The notes under the pieces: model-generated
What the model saw: the letters and a program-made list of their open reading frames with translations, nothing else
Database searches by the model: none
Told to the model about the DNA's origin: nothing
Shown: in pieces, positions 43,676 to 62,719 of the stretch
How the letters are laid out: every line of letters starts with the position of its first letter
How positions within the stretch are numbered: position 1 is the first letter of the stretch
Made by a program: the position numbers and the translations under genes
Assembly: GCF_009914755.1 (NCBI RefSeq)
Contig: NC_060929.1
Length of the DNA stretch: 64,000 nucleotides
Source of the DNA: the human T2T-CHM13v2.0 reference genome, Homo sapiens
Strand: one strand, 5' to 3'

Positions 43676-46149
43676 TATGGTGTTTCTTTTTACAGTTGAG
43701 AGGACAGTGAGGCACACAGAAGTGAAGTAACTTGTTGGCCACAGAGTAAGTGACAGGGGCAGGATTCGAGCCCCAGCAGCGTGACTCTAGCCCCTGCTCA
43801 TGCAGCTTACTCTGCTTGTGTTCTCTGGGTTTGGCTACAGGCCACCAGTGCCACAGGAGATGATTTAAGTGGTGCCTAGACATTGAATAACATTGACTCA
43901 AAAAGGAAAACGTTATTCCCTTTTCACTTATCTTTTAATCCTACGTCATTTTCTCCACCACCCTAAAAAATTCTCCAAGAACTTTAACTTGGCTTTACTT
44001 TGCTTATCTCTCTAAGGAAGGAGTAACTTCAGGCTCCAAACCTTAAACAAGAAATGTAATTTTAAAATGAGTATTTCATTTTTATACTCACCTATTTATA
44101 GCAAGTGATACTGGCTTCTCATATCTATTTGTGACGTAAAGTTTTCTTTAAATCATATTGAAGTAAAAAGTCTATTAAAAAAAATCAAGTCCAGATAGGA
44201 TGCAGATGGGGCCAAGTTGTGAAGGTAGTGTGGGAATTTGTAATATGGGGGAACACTCCCTCCTCAAGGGAGGAATTAAGGAGTAGAGATAAAAGCCAGA
44301 CGGCCCTCAGGGTAAAGTTTTAGCATTCTTTCACCTAGGAGTCACGGGGCTGGTAATTCTGTCCCATTTGCTGCCTTTTCCTTTTCTTCTGTTTGAGAAG
44401 TCACATGGCAAAATATTAGGAGTCTGTCTGACTTAATGATCTCTATTCCAGACATGTACTAATTTATACTTTGCGGTCATTTATCTACACTGGCAATGAA
44501 TGGGAAGTAGTTGAAATTGTTATCTTTATAACTGAAGGGAACAATTTGTATGCAGAGGGGCTTGATCTGGTATCTTAGTTCTTAGAAACACCTAAATTCT
44601 CCTGTTTATAAGGAAAATTGAATTGTATCTCAAGTTATCAATTTTTATTTTCCTGATAATGGCACAAGAATTAAAAATCTATTGAAACTTCTTAACACCG
44701 TGGTATAAAATTTCAATTTAAAAGTATAACTGGGCAGTTATAGCTCACTGAATGGTAATTTTTTTTTTTTTTTAATTTTCTTTTAAGGACAGCACAATTA
44801 GATTTTGGTAAGATTGAGACTTCAGTGTCTTCTGGTATATTTGTCAGGACAGATTCACAAGTAGTTTGCAAGTGTTCACGAACAAATCAGGTTAGTAATA
44901 CATTGAAACCAGCACAAATAGATTGTCCTCATCACCACATAGACAAAACAGTCAGGAGATGGGTTTGGTGCTGTAAGCACAAGTGGCACGATATAATGAA
45001 GTTGTATTCCATTAAGCTCTTGTGTACGGGGAGCAAAATGTCATCACCTGAATGTGGCTGCATTTCTGTGATACAACCTCATCTGTTCCGTCAACTAGTT
45101 TTGCTCTGATCAATAAGCAGTTTTCTGTGGCCTTTCACTGCTGTCAGATGTCATTGAGTGATGTAAATGCACGTCAGAAACTAGAAACTTGACAGCTCAC
45201 CCAGAGAGGGAAGGGAGAGAGGAGAGGGAAATCACTACAATAGACATGGTTGACAGCTGACATCTCCTTGGGGTAACTGATTGGATACTGTAGCAGCCGG
45301 CACTTTTCCCATATAAACACGAAGAAAAATTATCCTGTTATGTGTAAAATACAGTGCAGATGTTTTAAAATAACTTAAGGGAAAAATTATTCTTGTAAAC
45401 TGTAGCATAGTGACTATATAGACTGTATAAAATATAAAAAATAATTAGTTGCTGTTAGTTTTTGGCTAAGAACAATTAAGGCAGATGAAAATATTGTATT
45501 TCTACCCATTTTTTCCAACACCGACTGCCAGAACTATAATTAGTAAAGTTTGTCAGTGAAGAAAGAAATGTAGCCTTAAAGACATTTATTATAACAGTAT
45601 TCATGCAATAGAATATTATGTAGCAGTAAAAGGAAGAAGAGGACTGTTTCTATGTCCTGATAGGGGAAGATCGTCAGCGTCCTCTGCTGAGTGAAAAAGC
45701 AAGAGGTGGAACGGAATGTCCTGTGCTGCCTCTTGTGTTGAAGGGAAGGACTTAAGACTGACTGTTCAAATGTGCACATAGCAAGGCTGAAAGGACCTTA
45801 CGGTGAGCACTTGAGCGGGGAGTGAAGCGTGGGACTTGCTCTAAGAAAGGTTGTGATTGCGAGACTGACCTCACTGTGTATCTTTTTTTTTCTTTTTAAA
45901 CCATATGACTGTATTACCTATTCAAAATACTGTTATAAAAAGACATGCACTTATTCCACATATGAATACTTGATGAGAAGTACAGCATTGTTACATTAAC
46001 AAGGGACTCGCAGTCTCAGAGTACCCCAGTTAGACTCTTCATTACCAAAGCGAAAAAGGCATTCAGATATGTTAGAATGAGGGGTTTTGAAATCTCATTA
46101 AATGCTAGTTTAAATGAGTTTATTGTCATTGACTAAGATTGAGGGACAC

Positions 46150-46355
46150 TTAGACATAGTACCTATTGCTTAATCTGTGCCAGGTACCGTACTCTGCTTT
46201 ATAAATGTTAACTTAAGTCCTCACGGAGAAAGTGTTACTGTCTTTATTTAACAGGTGAAAAAACAGATGCTCAAAGAGTTTAAAACCTTACCGTAGGTCA
46301 TGTAGCCAGTATGTGGGAAAGCTGGAATTTGAATCTAGGTTTTCCGTCTCCAAAG
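46150..46355 (-). mobile_element. MIR
   Basis: tgtgccaggtacc...tttaacaggtgaaaaaacagatgctcaaagag...gctggaatttgaatctagg. Confidence 0.7.
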
Positions 46356-47685
46356 ATAAGTCCAGGGTCTGAGTATCAGAGTGGAAAGAGCTGTAACTGA
46401 CAGGCACAAGCACCCAAGCATGTGTATACCCGTGAGGACAGCTGCCTTAACCTGGCCTGCCGTGAAGAGTAGAGGGCAGTGTTAAATCCCTAGGGTGGTT
46501 CATCACTGCCAGGCTTACCTATTAAGATGACTTCTTGGCACTGTCTGTGTTTCTTTGTAGCTCCCATTTAAGTCAGTCATGTGCTTACCATTGGCCAATC
46601 TGTCTATCCCTGAGGTTTCCATGGGGCAGAGACCGTGTCTCTTTTGCTGCCCACTCAGCCCCAGCTCAGAGTCTGATGCAGGGAAGGTACTTAATAAATA
46701 CTTACCAAAGGAATGCGCCATTACTACAGGCAGATCTTGTAGTAATGACAAGATTACATTTCACTGGTGTGGTTATCTTTCACAAACTACCTAATGGAAT
46801 AATTCTTTCTAGTGCATGCTTTTCACTAATGAGGAATGCAACTTTGAAGCCAGAGTAGATTGAGAGCTTGTAGGTTCAAGGCAGAAAGATATCAGTTTAT
46901 TCTATAAATAGTGAACCATCACTTTATTATTAGGAGTAAAGTGGTAAAAGAAGAAGATTAGGAAGTTAAGACAATCACCAGAGATAAAGTTTACTTGGGG
47001 AAATGTAATTGAAAAAAATCCAATGGAACAAAGTTGCATTAGAACTTTAATCCTACCACTGTGGTGTTCAGGGTTTGTATGCTTTGCTGTGTGTCAGGAC
47101 GTCTTGAGACCTCAGCTCTCCAAGGCTAATCCCTTGGTCTACAACCCAGGCTATTCTCTGTTCACAGCCACCCCCTTCTCTACTGCCTTTTGTTTTCATT
47201 TTTACTTTTGAAATTCTTTTCCTCTTCATTTCAGGACCAATGTTATTAGAATATAGGGAATAGTTCAAAATTAAGGTCATCCCTACTGCTCCTCCAAGGC
47301 CCAGCCTGAGGAAAGACAGACTTTTTTTTGTTTTGTTTTTTAATTATTATTATACTTTAAGTTTTAGGGTACATGTGCACAATGTGCAGGTTAGTTACAT
47401 ATGTATACATGTGCCATGCTGGTGTGCTGCACCCATTAACTCGTCATTTAGCATTAGGTATATCTCCTAATGCTATCCCTCCCCCCTCCCCCCACCCCAC
47501 AACAGTCCCCAGAGTGTGATGTTCCCCTTCCTGTGTCCATGTGTTCTCATTGTTCAATTCCCATCTATGAGTGAGAACATGTGGTGTTTCGTTTTTTGTC
47601 CTTGCGATAGTTTACTGAGAATGATGATTTCCAATTTCATCCATGTCCCTACAAAGGACATGAACTCATCATTTTTTATGGCTGC

Positions 47686-51719
<4,034 letters not shown>

Positions 51720-51868
51720 AAGACAGGCTTTGATGAGTGAGTTGAGAGAGGGAATTTAGGTATGGATGTGGCTCTTTTAAAAATGAAGGCTATGGGTTGG
51801 ATGATGCCTGACCACTTTTCCTTAGGTCCAGTTGAGGTGGAGGTGGGAGGAAGTGCTACTAACAGATG

Positions 51869-52005
51869 CACGTTGAGTGTCCGTGATCCAAAATGTCTGG
51901 GACCAGAAATGTTTCAGATTTCAGGGTTTTTTTAGACTTTGGAATATTTGCATTATACTTAGTGGCTGAGTGCCCCAAATCTGAAAAATCTGAAATCTGA
52001 AATGG
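51869..52005. mobile_element. Truncated MER46/Tigger4 fragment
   Basis: gttgagtgtcc.tgatccaaaatgtctgggaccagaaatgtttcagatttcag...aaatctgaaatctgaaatg. Confidence 0.75.
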
Positions 52006-52009
52006 TCTC

Positions 52010-52980
52010 AACTTACTGCCAAGTGCTGTTGACTCTACCACCTAATCATCTTTTAAAATTTGCCCACTTTCATCTCCATCTCCATCATCACTCTCCCTCC
52101 CATTGCCCTGTCATCTCACCCTGGTCTGCTGTAGTAACTTCCTACTCCATCTTCCCTATTCACCCTGAGCTCTCTAGAATCCATCATTTTGCAATCAGAA
52201 AGATTTTTCATGGCCAGGTGCTGTGGTTCATTCCTGTAAGCCCAGCAACTTGGGAGGCTGAGACAGGGTGATTGCTTGAGCCCAGGAGTTTGAGACCAGC
52301 CTGGGCAACATAGCAAGTCCCCATCTCTACAAAAGAGCAAATAAATTAGCCAGGCCTGGTGGTGTCACCTGTAATCCCAGCTACTCAGTAGGCTGAGGTG
52401 GGAGGATTGCTTGAGCTCAGGAGTTGGAGGCTGCAGTGAGCTATGATTACGTCACCATACTCTAGCCCGGGTAACAAAGCAAGACCCTGTCTGTTTAAAA
52501 AAAAAATTTTTTTTTCATAGTGCACATCTGATCATATCAGCTCCCACTTAAAAATCATTGAGTGGCTTCTCCTTTCTTGTAAGGTAAAAGCTGGTCTTTA
52601 GTGTGGCCTGTGAGGCCCTCAGTGTGGTCTGCCCTCTGCCTACCTTAGCTGCTCCAGAGCCCTCCTGTGCCTTGAGCTCCAGTCCCACAGTCTCAGTTCC
52701 TCAGGTAATCTGTTTCTTTTGTTAAACTGACCTTTCCTCTTTGTTTTGTCCTCATATCCACCGTCAACTCCCCCCAGGCTTCAGGCCTGTTTCGTCATGG
52801 CCTCCTCAGAGATTTAGCCCTGGCTGGGCTCTCCTGTTTCATGCCCTCTCAGTAGTTTATCTTCCCCTCATAGCATGGCGAAGATGATTGATTGTGTCCT
52901 TAGTTCACTGTATTCCCATCCTGTAGCACATGTTTACACATAAAAGTGATCAATAATTTTTCACTGAATAAATAAAGTAA
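52010..52980 (+). mobile_element. L2 3' relic interrupted by an Alu
   Basis: Pyrimidine-rich L2 text ending gttcactgtattcccatcctgtagcaca...caataatttttcactgaataaataaa. Confidence 0.65.
52212..52506 (+). mobile_element. AluJ
   Basis: Sense Alu dimer. Confidence 0.92.
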
Positions 52981-53855
52981 CGTGAGCTAGAAGTGAGAGT
53001 AAATGATCTATCCAAGATAGCATGGCCACTTAATATCAGAATTAAGACAAAACACACAGACTTTCCACTGTATCTGGTTTTTGTTTCATTATTAGTAGTC
53101 TGAGTCTGCATAGGAGACTTCTTCATTCTGATTGCATGAGGAAAATGTGCTTTTGACTCTGTTTCCAGGGAGACCTGGATCTCTGCTTTTTGTTTCCAGC
53201 CCTTCTGTGGAGTTGGTTCCTTCTGGTACATTTCCTTGGCCCCCTCTTAAGGTTTATCCTGGGGGGCCTGCTTTGTTCTGTTGGCATCATAAAGCTAGAA
53301 GTTGAACGTTTCTCACTTTTCTTAATTCTTTAAAGTGACTATTTTGGATTTCGTGTTTATAATATTTTGTGCTTTTTTTTATCTTAGATGCTTTTATTCT
53401 GAGCCTTGATCCTGATGCTTCCTTACCAAATACTTTAAGCTTGAACAGTCCATTTGGGACCTTTATTTTTAACATTCTGCATCCCAAATTCTGTGTTTGT
53501 TACTTCCATACCTGATGACACCCCTGCCCTTACTGACTCACTTTAAAGGAAGAGGCTGTTTACTTAACAGTGGTGTGTTGTCTGTTTTCCCAAAATACAA
53601 TCTCTGACCAGAGACTAGGTTGAATGATAATCTTTCTTTACATAAGCTGCTTGGAAACTGTCAATTCAGCCTTATCGGGGGGTGTGATTTGGGATGTGGG
53701 CTCTTTATGCTTGCATGGCATACTCTGTCATGGTCTTCTTTCTGAGCTCTAGACTGTTCAGAAAACTTCCTAGCTGGCTTTAATTCTGTTATTGAGATCT
53801 AGAAAACCTCACTACATTCCTTCTACTCATTTGTGCTGAAAATACTTAAAGACTG

Positions 53856-54238
<383 letters not shown>

Positions 54239-54667
54239 CTATCTCATTTGACAATGAACTTCTTAAAATGTGGCATCCAAAAATGATTCAGTGTGGACCT
54301 AGTATACAGGTTTTTCACTTCTTTATGGAACCAAAGGAATAAGCATGTTGTTTGCTTGCCTGGTTCTGTTCCTCGCTTCTCTCCTTCTTCAGATTCAGTT
54401 TTCAAACATTCAGGACGGAGGATCTGAAGAAAGCCACTGTGGTTTGGTTTTAAGTTTGCAGCTATATCTTCAAACCATGGTGGTGGTGATGTGCGTCATA
54501 AAATTTTAGGCCTTTGTGTAAGGACCCTGCCCAAAATCTGTTAGCACAGAAATCATAAAACTGCATTCTTCACCTGTCAACTAAGTAAATGTAAGATAGA
54601 ATTATAAGTGGGTGCCCTAGCTTCATGGTGTTCAAGGTAAATAGTAGGCACTATTTAAAATAATGCC

Positions 54668-55146
<479 letters not shown>

Positions 55147-57761
55147 GGGCAGTGGACACCATACACAGAGTTTGTTCTTTGCCCAAGACCGTTGTTAAGT
55201 GACCATATAATGAATACTCTCCTATTTGCCTGTAGTTTGAAGGCCAAATTATATAATTTGGATGACTACCAAGGGAGTTGCGTCCCCCATTTACATGTAC
55301 AGCTATTCCTTAGGACTTTTGGAAAGATAATTTGCTTTATAACATTGGGTAGCACTTTTATGTGTTGCTTCATAAGTAATCATATTTACTTGTCTTCTTT
55401 GCTAAGTTTTAAGCCTGTTGAAGCCTGTTGAAGCTGTGGATTAGAATTTGTAAAATATCTTACTCTGTCCTGTGTCTAGTACACAGCCTAGCATAGATTA
55501 GGAATTTAATAAATAATGTATAGACTTTTAGAGCTCAAAGAGTATGTGGTGATGATCTAATTTAACATTCTCATATTTATTGATGGAAAGAACAAAAAAA
55601 GAGATGCAGAGAAGTTAGATGGTTTACCAAAGTCACAGAATCCTAAGAAAGAACAGAATGTGGCCTTTATGAAATGTAGTTTTCTACTCTTTCAACATAC
55701 TGCACTGCCTTTGAATAAAGTTTAAATGAGGGCTAAAACGTGATTTAAGAGGGGGATTCCTTACATACTGTCTTAAATATGTCTCCCCATATACAAATTT
55801 AAGTGTGTATATATATAATCTGTATGAAAATTTATTTTATGCTCTTAGTGCAATTACAACTTTTTGTCGCTTATTAAGACTTCAGAGATACAAACCAGTA
55901 GCTCAGTAATTGCTTTCTTGAATCTGCCTTTAATAATTACATTTAGTAAAGCTGTATCGAAAATTAGAAAGGCAGAGACTAATGGAAAACTAGATTTTTC
56001 ACTGAATTAGAAAGCAAGACAATCCATATATTGACAACACTTCAAGTTGAAACAGATCAGGAAAACTGTTTTGGACTGTTTGTGCAAAGAGGCAAACCTG
56101 GGCCTGATGGGCAGTGGCTTCCGTATTTTATGGAAGCAGAGAAACTCTAAGAGATTGCATGTAAATCGGCATATTGGGAAGAGAGAGTCCAGGTCTGATT
56201 TAGATACAAGTCATTTGAATCTTTTAAAGCCTGGAATTTCTCCATGGTACTAGCAAAGAAGTAGAATATAAAGAATTGTGTTAATGAAGTGGGAATATCT
56301 TTGAATTTAAAAAAAGTACAAAACTCATTTAGGGTCATATCTTGCAGTCAAAAAGAAACGTGTGCAGGAAGATTATAGTAGCTTCTGTAGTAGTTGATGT
56401 GGTGTTTTGACTTCATGGTCAGAAAAATTAGTCATTTTAGTTTTTTTTTTTTGCGTTTCAGAAAGCATATTAAAAATATCCCAATGGTGGATTAACTCAG
56501 GATTTTTTACATGTTAGGAAAATAATTAAAACTAAAATATAATGATATTAATTGAAATAAGCAACACTGATGCCTCTTATTCACCTGTCAGAGAGACAGT
56601 GTGTTTTTGCACAGTAAGCCAGGAGACAGGCCAGGTAGCCTGCTGATACACTAGCTCCCCTCCCAAACCAGGTGCTGGCTACACGGTTCACATGCATCAG
56701 GGCCCAACAAACTCTTCCCATACTGTGGAGGCACAGGGTTATAACAACTTTAGAAAAATGCCTTTAAAAGGGCCCAATTTATTTGTCACATTATCATGGA
56801 TAGCTGAATTGTTCTAATAGTGGCCTGTTGAGCAACTTCATCCTTTCCTGAGAATGAGGGCAGGTGTTTGTTTACAACGTTTAGAGGTGGGATAGTTTAT
56901 GTGTCTCTCCAAGGCAAGAGGAAACATCTAGAAAGTAGAAAATTCAGGTAGATTGTCATGTACAGGCTTGATTGCCTTCTTTTTCAGGTCAAGGGAGAGA
57001 GAGGTGTGAAAAGTTTGGAAAAGCCAGTTGGATGAGAAGGCATGTGAAATGAGCAGAGGGCATGTGGTGAAGCCTTTTTGAGAACTGTTGTCTGGCCAGA
57101 TTAACTTGGAATTTAAATTTGTTAGAGCTCTCTGATTTCACCATCAGAAATTACACAAAGGATAGAGAAGTAAGATAGCATAAGTAAGGTAGAGGATAGG
57201 GTTTTCCTGCCTTGAGAAGTGAATTTGCTGTTTGGTAAGAGAGATACAGACTAAGACAACTAACTGAACAGAATCTGTTCCTGAAAATAATTATTTTGAA
57301 TGGTACAGTAAGCATGCATGGTTCGATATGAATGAGTTAGCATTTGTTTATCCTGCACAGTATATAAAGTGTGGCACACAGTATGTGTATATGGCACCAT
57401 CTCTATCTTACAGTGGAGTTGCAGAGCAATATACATGACAAAGCAATACACAGTTGTTATACGCAAGTAGAATGCTAAGACTCTAGAAAACAATCTGGTC
57501 AACCCCATCAAATCCTCAGATGTTATAGATGATGCACAGCCATAGAGCTGAAAAGTGATTTTCCTATCTGTGTGGCTAATAAGTGTCAAAGAGGGATCTG
57601 GAACTCAGGTTTGTGCTTCACAGATATTTTTTCTCATTATAGAATGTTTTCACTCAAAAATTTAAAAAATGAGATATACATGTTCAATGCAGAAAAACTG
57701 AGGGGAAAACATGAAATGTGCAAATAGGAAAAATTGTGCATAATCCCTCTTAAACATTAAC

Positions 57762-57894
57762 TTTTTTTCTTTTTAGTAGAGACAGTATCTCACTATGCTG
57801 CACAGGCTAGTCTCAAACTCCTAACGTCAAGTGATTTTCCTGCCTCAGCCTCCCAAAGTGCTAGGATTACAGGCATGAGCCACCATGCCCAGCC
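57762..57894 (-). mobile_element. Alu monomer (FLAM-like)
   Basis: Left monomer only: tttagtagagacag...gagccaccatgcccagcc. Confidence 0.85.
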
Positions 57895-59078
57895 AATATT
57901 GGCATTTTTTTCTCCCAGCATTTTTGGTAAAGAATATATATATATACATATACGCACACATACATCACTATTATGCACATGTATTTACTAAATAAAACAA
58001 AAATGGACTCTGTAGCCTGCTTTTTTTTTTTAACTTTAACAAAAGCATATCTTTCCTACTCTCCGCTGTGTTTCAATTGGATGTACTATTTATCCCTGAG
58101 GTCCCAGCAGCTTGCCTCTCTGAAATTTTCTTATGTGTCCATATTTGACACTGAGAATTTTAGTTTGTAAAAGGATAGCTTTGGCAAAGCCACGGTGAGG
58201 GATAGAGGGGTTGGTCACCTAGAGAGCAAATATTTGGAAAATAAAGGCACTAATCATGGTTGGAGGTGTTAGTTCCTTATCTTGTGAACCATTTTTAGAA
58301 GCCCAGAAAAGGTCTTATTCAAAAAGTTTCTTTTAAGTCTATGTGTCCTGACTTGTGGAAAAATGCTTGGCAGAAGATCCACAGCTGTACTGTCTCTGTA
58401 AAGAAACACTATGGAGAGAAAGAAAAAAAATTCACATCCAGGTGATGTAGGGGATTTAGTTTTGAAAGTCTAATACATGAAACCTAGATGTAAGGCTTGA
58501 AAAAAGATTTATTCTTCCTACATTGGTAGCAATGTAAGAGTTTTCAGATGTTGGATGCTTTAGATTTAGTTCCGGCTCTTGAGAATGGCATGAATTAGAG
58601 CTTTGCGTTTTCAGTTTTTCTATAGAGACCACATATGTTATATTACTAAGGGAAAGCAACCCATGGTAACAAAAAAAAAAGCTTGCAAAATGATTGTATT
58701 TTTGCAAGTCAACACCTTTTCTCGAATCCATTGTTCTTTCTTTAAAGCAGTCAAACAAATTACGTGATTATGGTATATCATGTAACTAGGAGAATCTCTT
58801 TGTTTGGGGTAAAAGAAATCAATACAAGAAGCTCTTGGAATGTCCTTTTTCTCTCTCTCTCTTTAGCGGCTCCTTATGTATGGTTTTAGAAATGCTGATT
58901 CTACATTAAGAATGACAGTGATTCATGCTGAGGCCCGACCTTGTTAGATTCCTAACTGCTCTCTGAAAATCTTTGACACTGATGTTGGTTATATGTATCT
59001 AGAAGAGGTAGTAGTTGGTTTAATACAGAAATATAGTTGTAAATTTTTCATCAGATAACTTTAGTATTTAAAGCTTAG

Positions 59079-59436
<358 letters not shown>

Positions 59437-59915
59437 TAAGTAGGTTAACTTAAATTTAAAATAGCAATAAAGGCTATTCCTGGGTTCCGTGGTATAACTT
59501 CATATTCTGCAGTTGCCATCCTCTCAATGCTGCCTTCTCTGAGCAGTTTATTGAAAATTACAATTTTTCCCCCAGTGGTCCTACTTTCTTTTACTCGGCT
59601 TTATTCTCCCCCTTCCCCATGCCAGGTAATCGCTTTCTAAAACCTACTTGTGAGTTTAGTTTTTATATTCATTATTTGTTTTCTGTCTCCCCTGCTGGAA
59701 TGTAATTTCATGAGGACAGAACTCTTTGTCATTTTACTTCAGTGATAGACTTCAGACACCTTGAATAGGGTCTAGCACATGGTATGTGCTCAAAAATACT
59801 TGGATAAAGGAGTAATCACATCTTTACAGTGCAACTATTTTTAAACCATGCATATCCTGGGAAAGTAAAATACCTGATCTATCTATCTATCTTTATTTTT
59901 TTAGAAGAAGAATTA

Positions 59916-60237
59916 AGCCAGGCATCATAGCTCAGTACCTGTAATCCCAGCATTTTCGGAGGCTAAGGCAAGCAGATCGCTTGAAGCCAAGAGTTCTAGA
60001 CCAGCCTGGGCAACAAATCAAGACCTCATCTCTACCAAAATATAAAAACTAAAAATATTAGCCAGGCATGGTGGCATGTGCCTGTAGTCCCAGCTAATTG
60101 GGAAGCTGAGGTGGGAGTATAGCTTGAGCCCAGGAGCTCAAGGCTGCCATGAGGTATGATTACACCACTGCACTGCAGCCTGGGTGACAGAGTGAGACCC
60201 CATCTCTAAAAAAAAAAATTAAAATTAAAAAAAAAAA
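59916..60237 (+). mobile_element. AluJ
   Basis: Sense dimer; TSD aagaagaattaa. Confidence 0.92.
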
Positions 60238-60939
60238 GAAGAATTAAAATTCTGAGTTTTGAAAGAAGGCTGAGTATTCTGTGATCTTTAGGAGCTTACT
60301 TTCCTCTTGTAAGTGGGGATTTTAAAACTGAATTGATGCTCTCTGACATCTGTTCATAGAACAGAAAAAGTTTCATTCTTAAACAGGAACAAGGCCTTTG
60401 TCTATGAGGAGGGTCTTTAATTGTAGTAGACTTTACGAAATGGCCTGCGTTCTTTCACGGACACAGAGGTTGTCCCTCTCCACTTCTTGTTTTCCCATCT
60501 TTCAGAGCCCAGCTGCAGAGCTTTGAAGCTGGCAGATGCTGTTCCCAAGCAACCTTCCCTTCCTGGGGTCCAAAAAGGACCATAATTTCAGCCTTGAAAG
60601 AACACAGGTGAATCTTGGATCTCATCTTCCTGATGCTCATAGAAAGGAGCCTGACTCATTAGGAATGAAACAAGAAAATTCGCATCCACCCGAGCTTACA
60701 CTTTACCCTTCTTTTGGTTAAAAAAATAATGATTCATCCATTCATCCATCATATGTGTGTGAGAGAGACAGAAAACACTTTTAAAGTTTTTTGATCTTTT
60801 GAATTACATAGGTTTTTAATGAGAATGTGGTATTTTTAGAAATAAGCATAGCATATCATAGTACTTCATGGTGTGTTGAAGAAATGATGGCTATTAATTG
60901 CTTTGGATTCCATTTTGATTTCTGAGAAAGCAAATAATA

Positions 60940-61496
60940 CAGTAGTCCCCCCTTATCCTCAGGTGTTATGTTCAAAGACCCCCAGTGGATGGCTGAAACT
61001 ATGGGTAGTACTAAACCTTATATGTGCTATGTTTTTTCCTATATACACACACCTGTGATGAAGTTTAATTTATAAGTTAGGCACAATAAGAGATTAACAA
61101 GAATAACTATTACAATAATAATAAAATAAAAAATTATAGCAATACACCAACATCACTTCTCCTGTGACTTGGACCATTATTAAGTCAAATAAGAATTCCT
61201 TGAACACAAGCACTGCAATACTGCAACAGTCGATCTGATAACTGAGCTCCTACAGCTAGTTAAGTGACTAATGGGTGGGGGTGCAGACATCGTAAAGCTG
61301 CCAGAAAAAGGGAGGGCTCGTGTGCTGGCTGGGACCGGGCAAGACACCGTGGGACAGTGTAAGATTTCACCACTCTACTCAGTACAGTGTGCAATTTAAA
61401 ACCTACAAATTGTTTATTTCTGGAATTTTTCATTTCATATTTTCAGACCATACTTGACCATGAATAACTGAGATCACAGCTAAGGGGGGACTACTA
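60940..61496. mobile_element. MER44 (Tigger7-derived) element
   Basis: TIRs cagtagtccccccttatc / gctaaggggggactacta with TA flanks; ~557 bp. Confidence 0.85.
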
Positions 61497-61509
61497 TATT
61501 CAGGAGGAT

Positions 61510-61760
61510 AACAGAATGCATTGAGCACCAGTTATGTGCCAGGCTAGGTGCTAAGGGTTTTATATACCTTGTCGTATTTATTTACTCCATCACCAGACCT
61601 AAGAAAGTAGGCGTTATCATCTCTGTTTTACGTATGAGGAAACTAAGGCTCAGAGTTGATAAGCAACATCTGTAAGGAAATACAGCCAGGAAGTAGCAGA
61701 TCTGGGTGTTGGATGTGTCTAAGTCCAGACTGGTGCTCTTTCTACCATATCATGTAGCTT
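61510..61760 (-). mobile_element. MIR
   Basis: ttgagcaccagttatgtgccagg...ttttacgtatgaggaaactaaggctcagag. Confidence 0.8.
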
Positions 61761-61816
61761 CTCAGAATAGCACTAATTATTAAGACGGGTAGTTTCTTAT
61801 TGATTAAAGGCCTGGC

Positions 61817-62153
61817 CTTCCCTCCCTACTCTTCCCTTTCCCTTCCCTCACCCTTCTCCCCTCTTTCCCCTTCGTCTTCCCCTCCCCTTCTCCTTCTCTC
61901 CCCACATTCTCTACCCATCCTCCTCCCTCCCCTCTCCCTTTTCCCTCCTCTTCCCTCTCCTCCTTCCCTCTCTCTTCCCTTCCCCTTTCCTCCCCCTTCT
62001 CCATTCTTACCCCTGCCCCTCCCATCCCCTCCCATCCCCCTCCCATCCCCTCCCATCCTTCTTCCCCCTTCCTATTTCCTTCCCCTCCCCCTTCCCTCCC
62101 TCTTCTTTTTCTCCTCCTCCTCCTTCCTTCCCCTCCCCCTTCTCCTTTCCTTC
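61817..62153. repeat. CT-rich low-complexity polypyrimidine tract
   Basis: ~340 bp almost entirely C/T (ccttc, ccctc, cccat units). Confidence 0.95.
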
Positions 62154-62154
62154 T

Positions 62155-62431
62155 GAGTGAACTGGCATGATCATGGCTTACTGCAGTCTCAACCCCCTGG
62201 GCTCAAGTGATGAACCCCCTGGGCTCTAGCTCCCTGGGCTCACTCAACCTCCAAAGTAGCTGGATCTCAGGCACATGCCACCATACCCAGCTAATTTTTA
62301 AAAATTATTATTTGTAGAAATGAGATCTCCCTATATTGCCCAGCTGGTCTTGAACTCCTGGGCTCAAGTGATCCTCCTGCTTTGGCCTCCCAAACTGCTG
62401 GGATTAGAGATGTGAGCCACTGTGTCAGGCC
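62155..62431 (-). mobile_element. AluJ with internal short duplications
   Basis: Antisense Alu adjoining the CT tract; ccctgggctc three times. Confidence 0.88.
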
Positions 62432-62719
62432 TTGGTCTTTATTTTCATAGCTTTTGGGCCCTCATGAACAGTCTTCTTTGACTATTTACAACTTCCTTTC
62501 TATAAGAAACCCTATCTTATATTGCACAGTCTGCCTCTATTATGTCTAACTTATTGGTTGTTCTAACAAAAATAACTCATTTTACCTTTCCACTATTAGA
62601 TTACTGAGCTGGACTGAAGTTTATACATATTCTTCCCAATTTGTTGTCCAGCTGTCAATTACCTGCTCACCTTTTCTTCTGCTCCTTCCTTATTTTTCAT
62701 GGATTCAACCTGCTGTGTT

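Noticed and set aside
61800-62156. Pro/Ser/Leu-rich and Gly/Glu/Arg-rich ORFs
   Set aside because: Translation of the CT low-complexity tract
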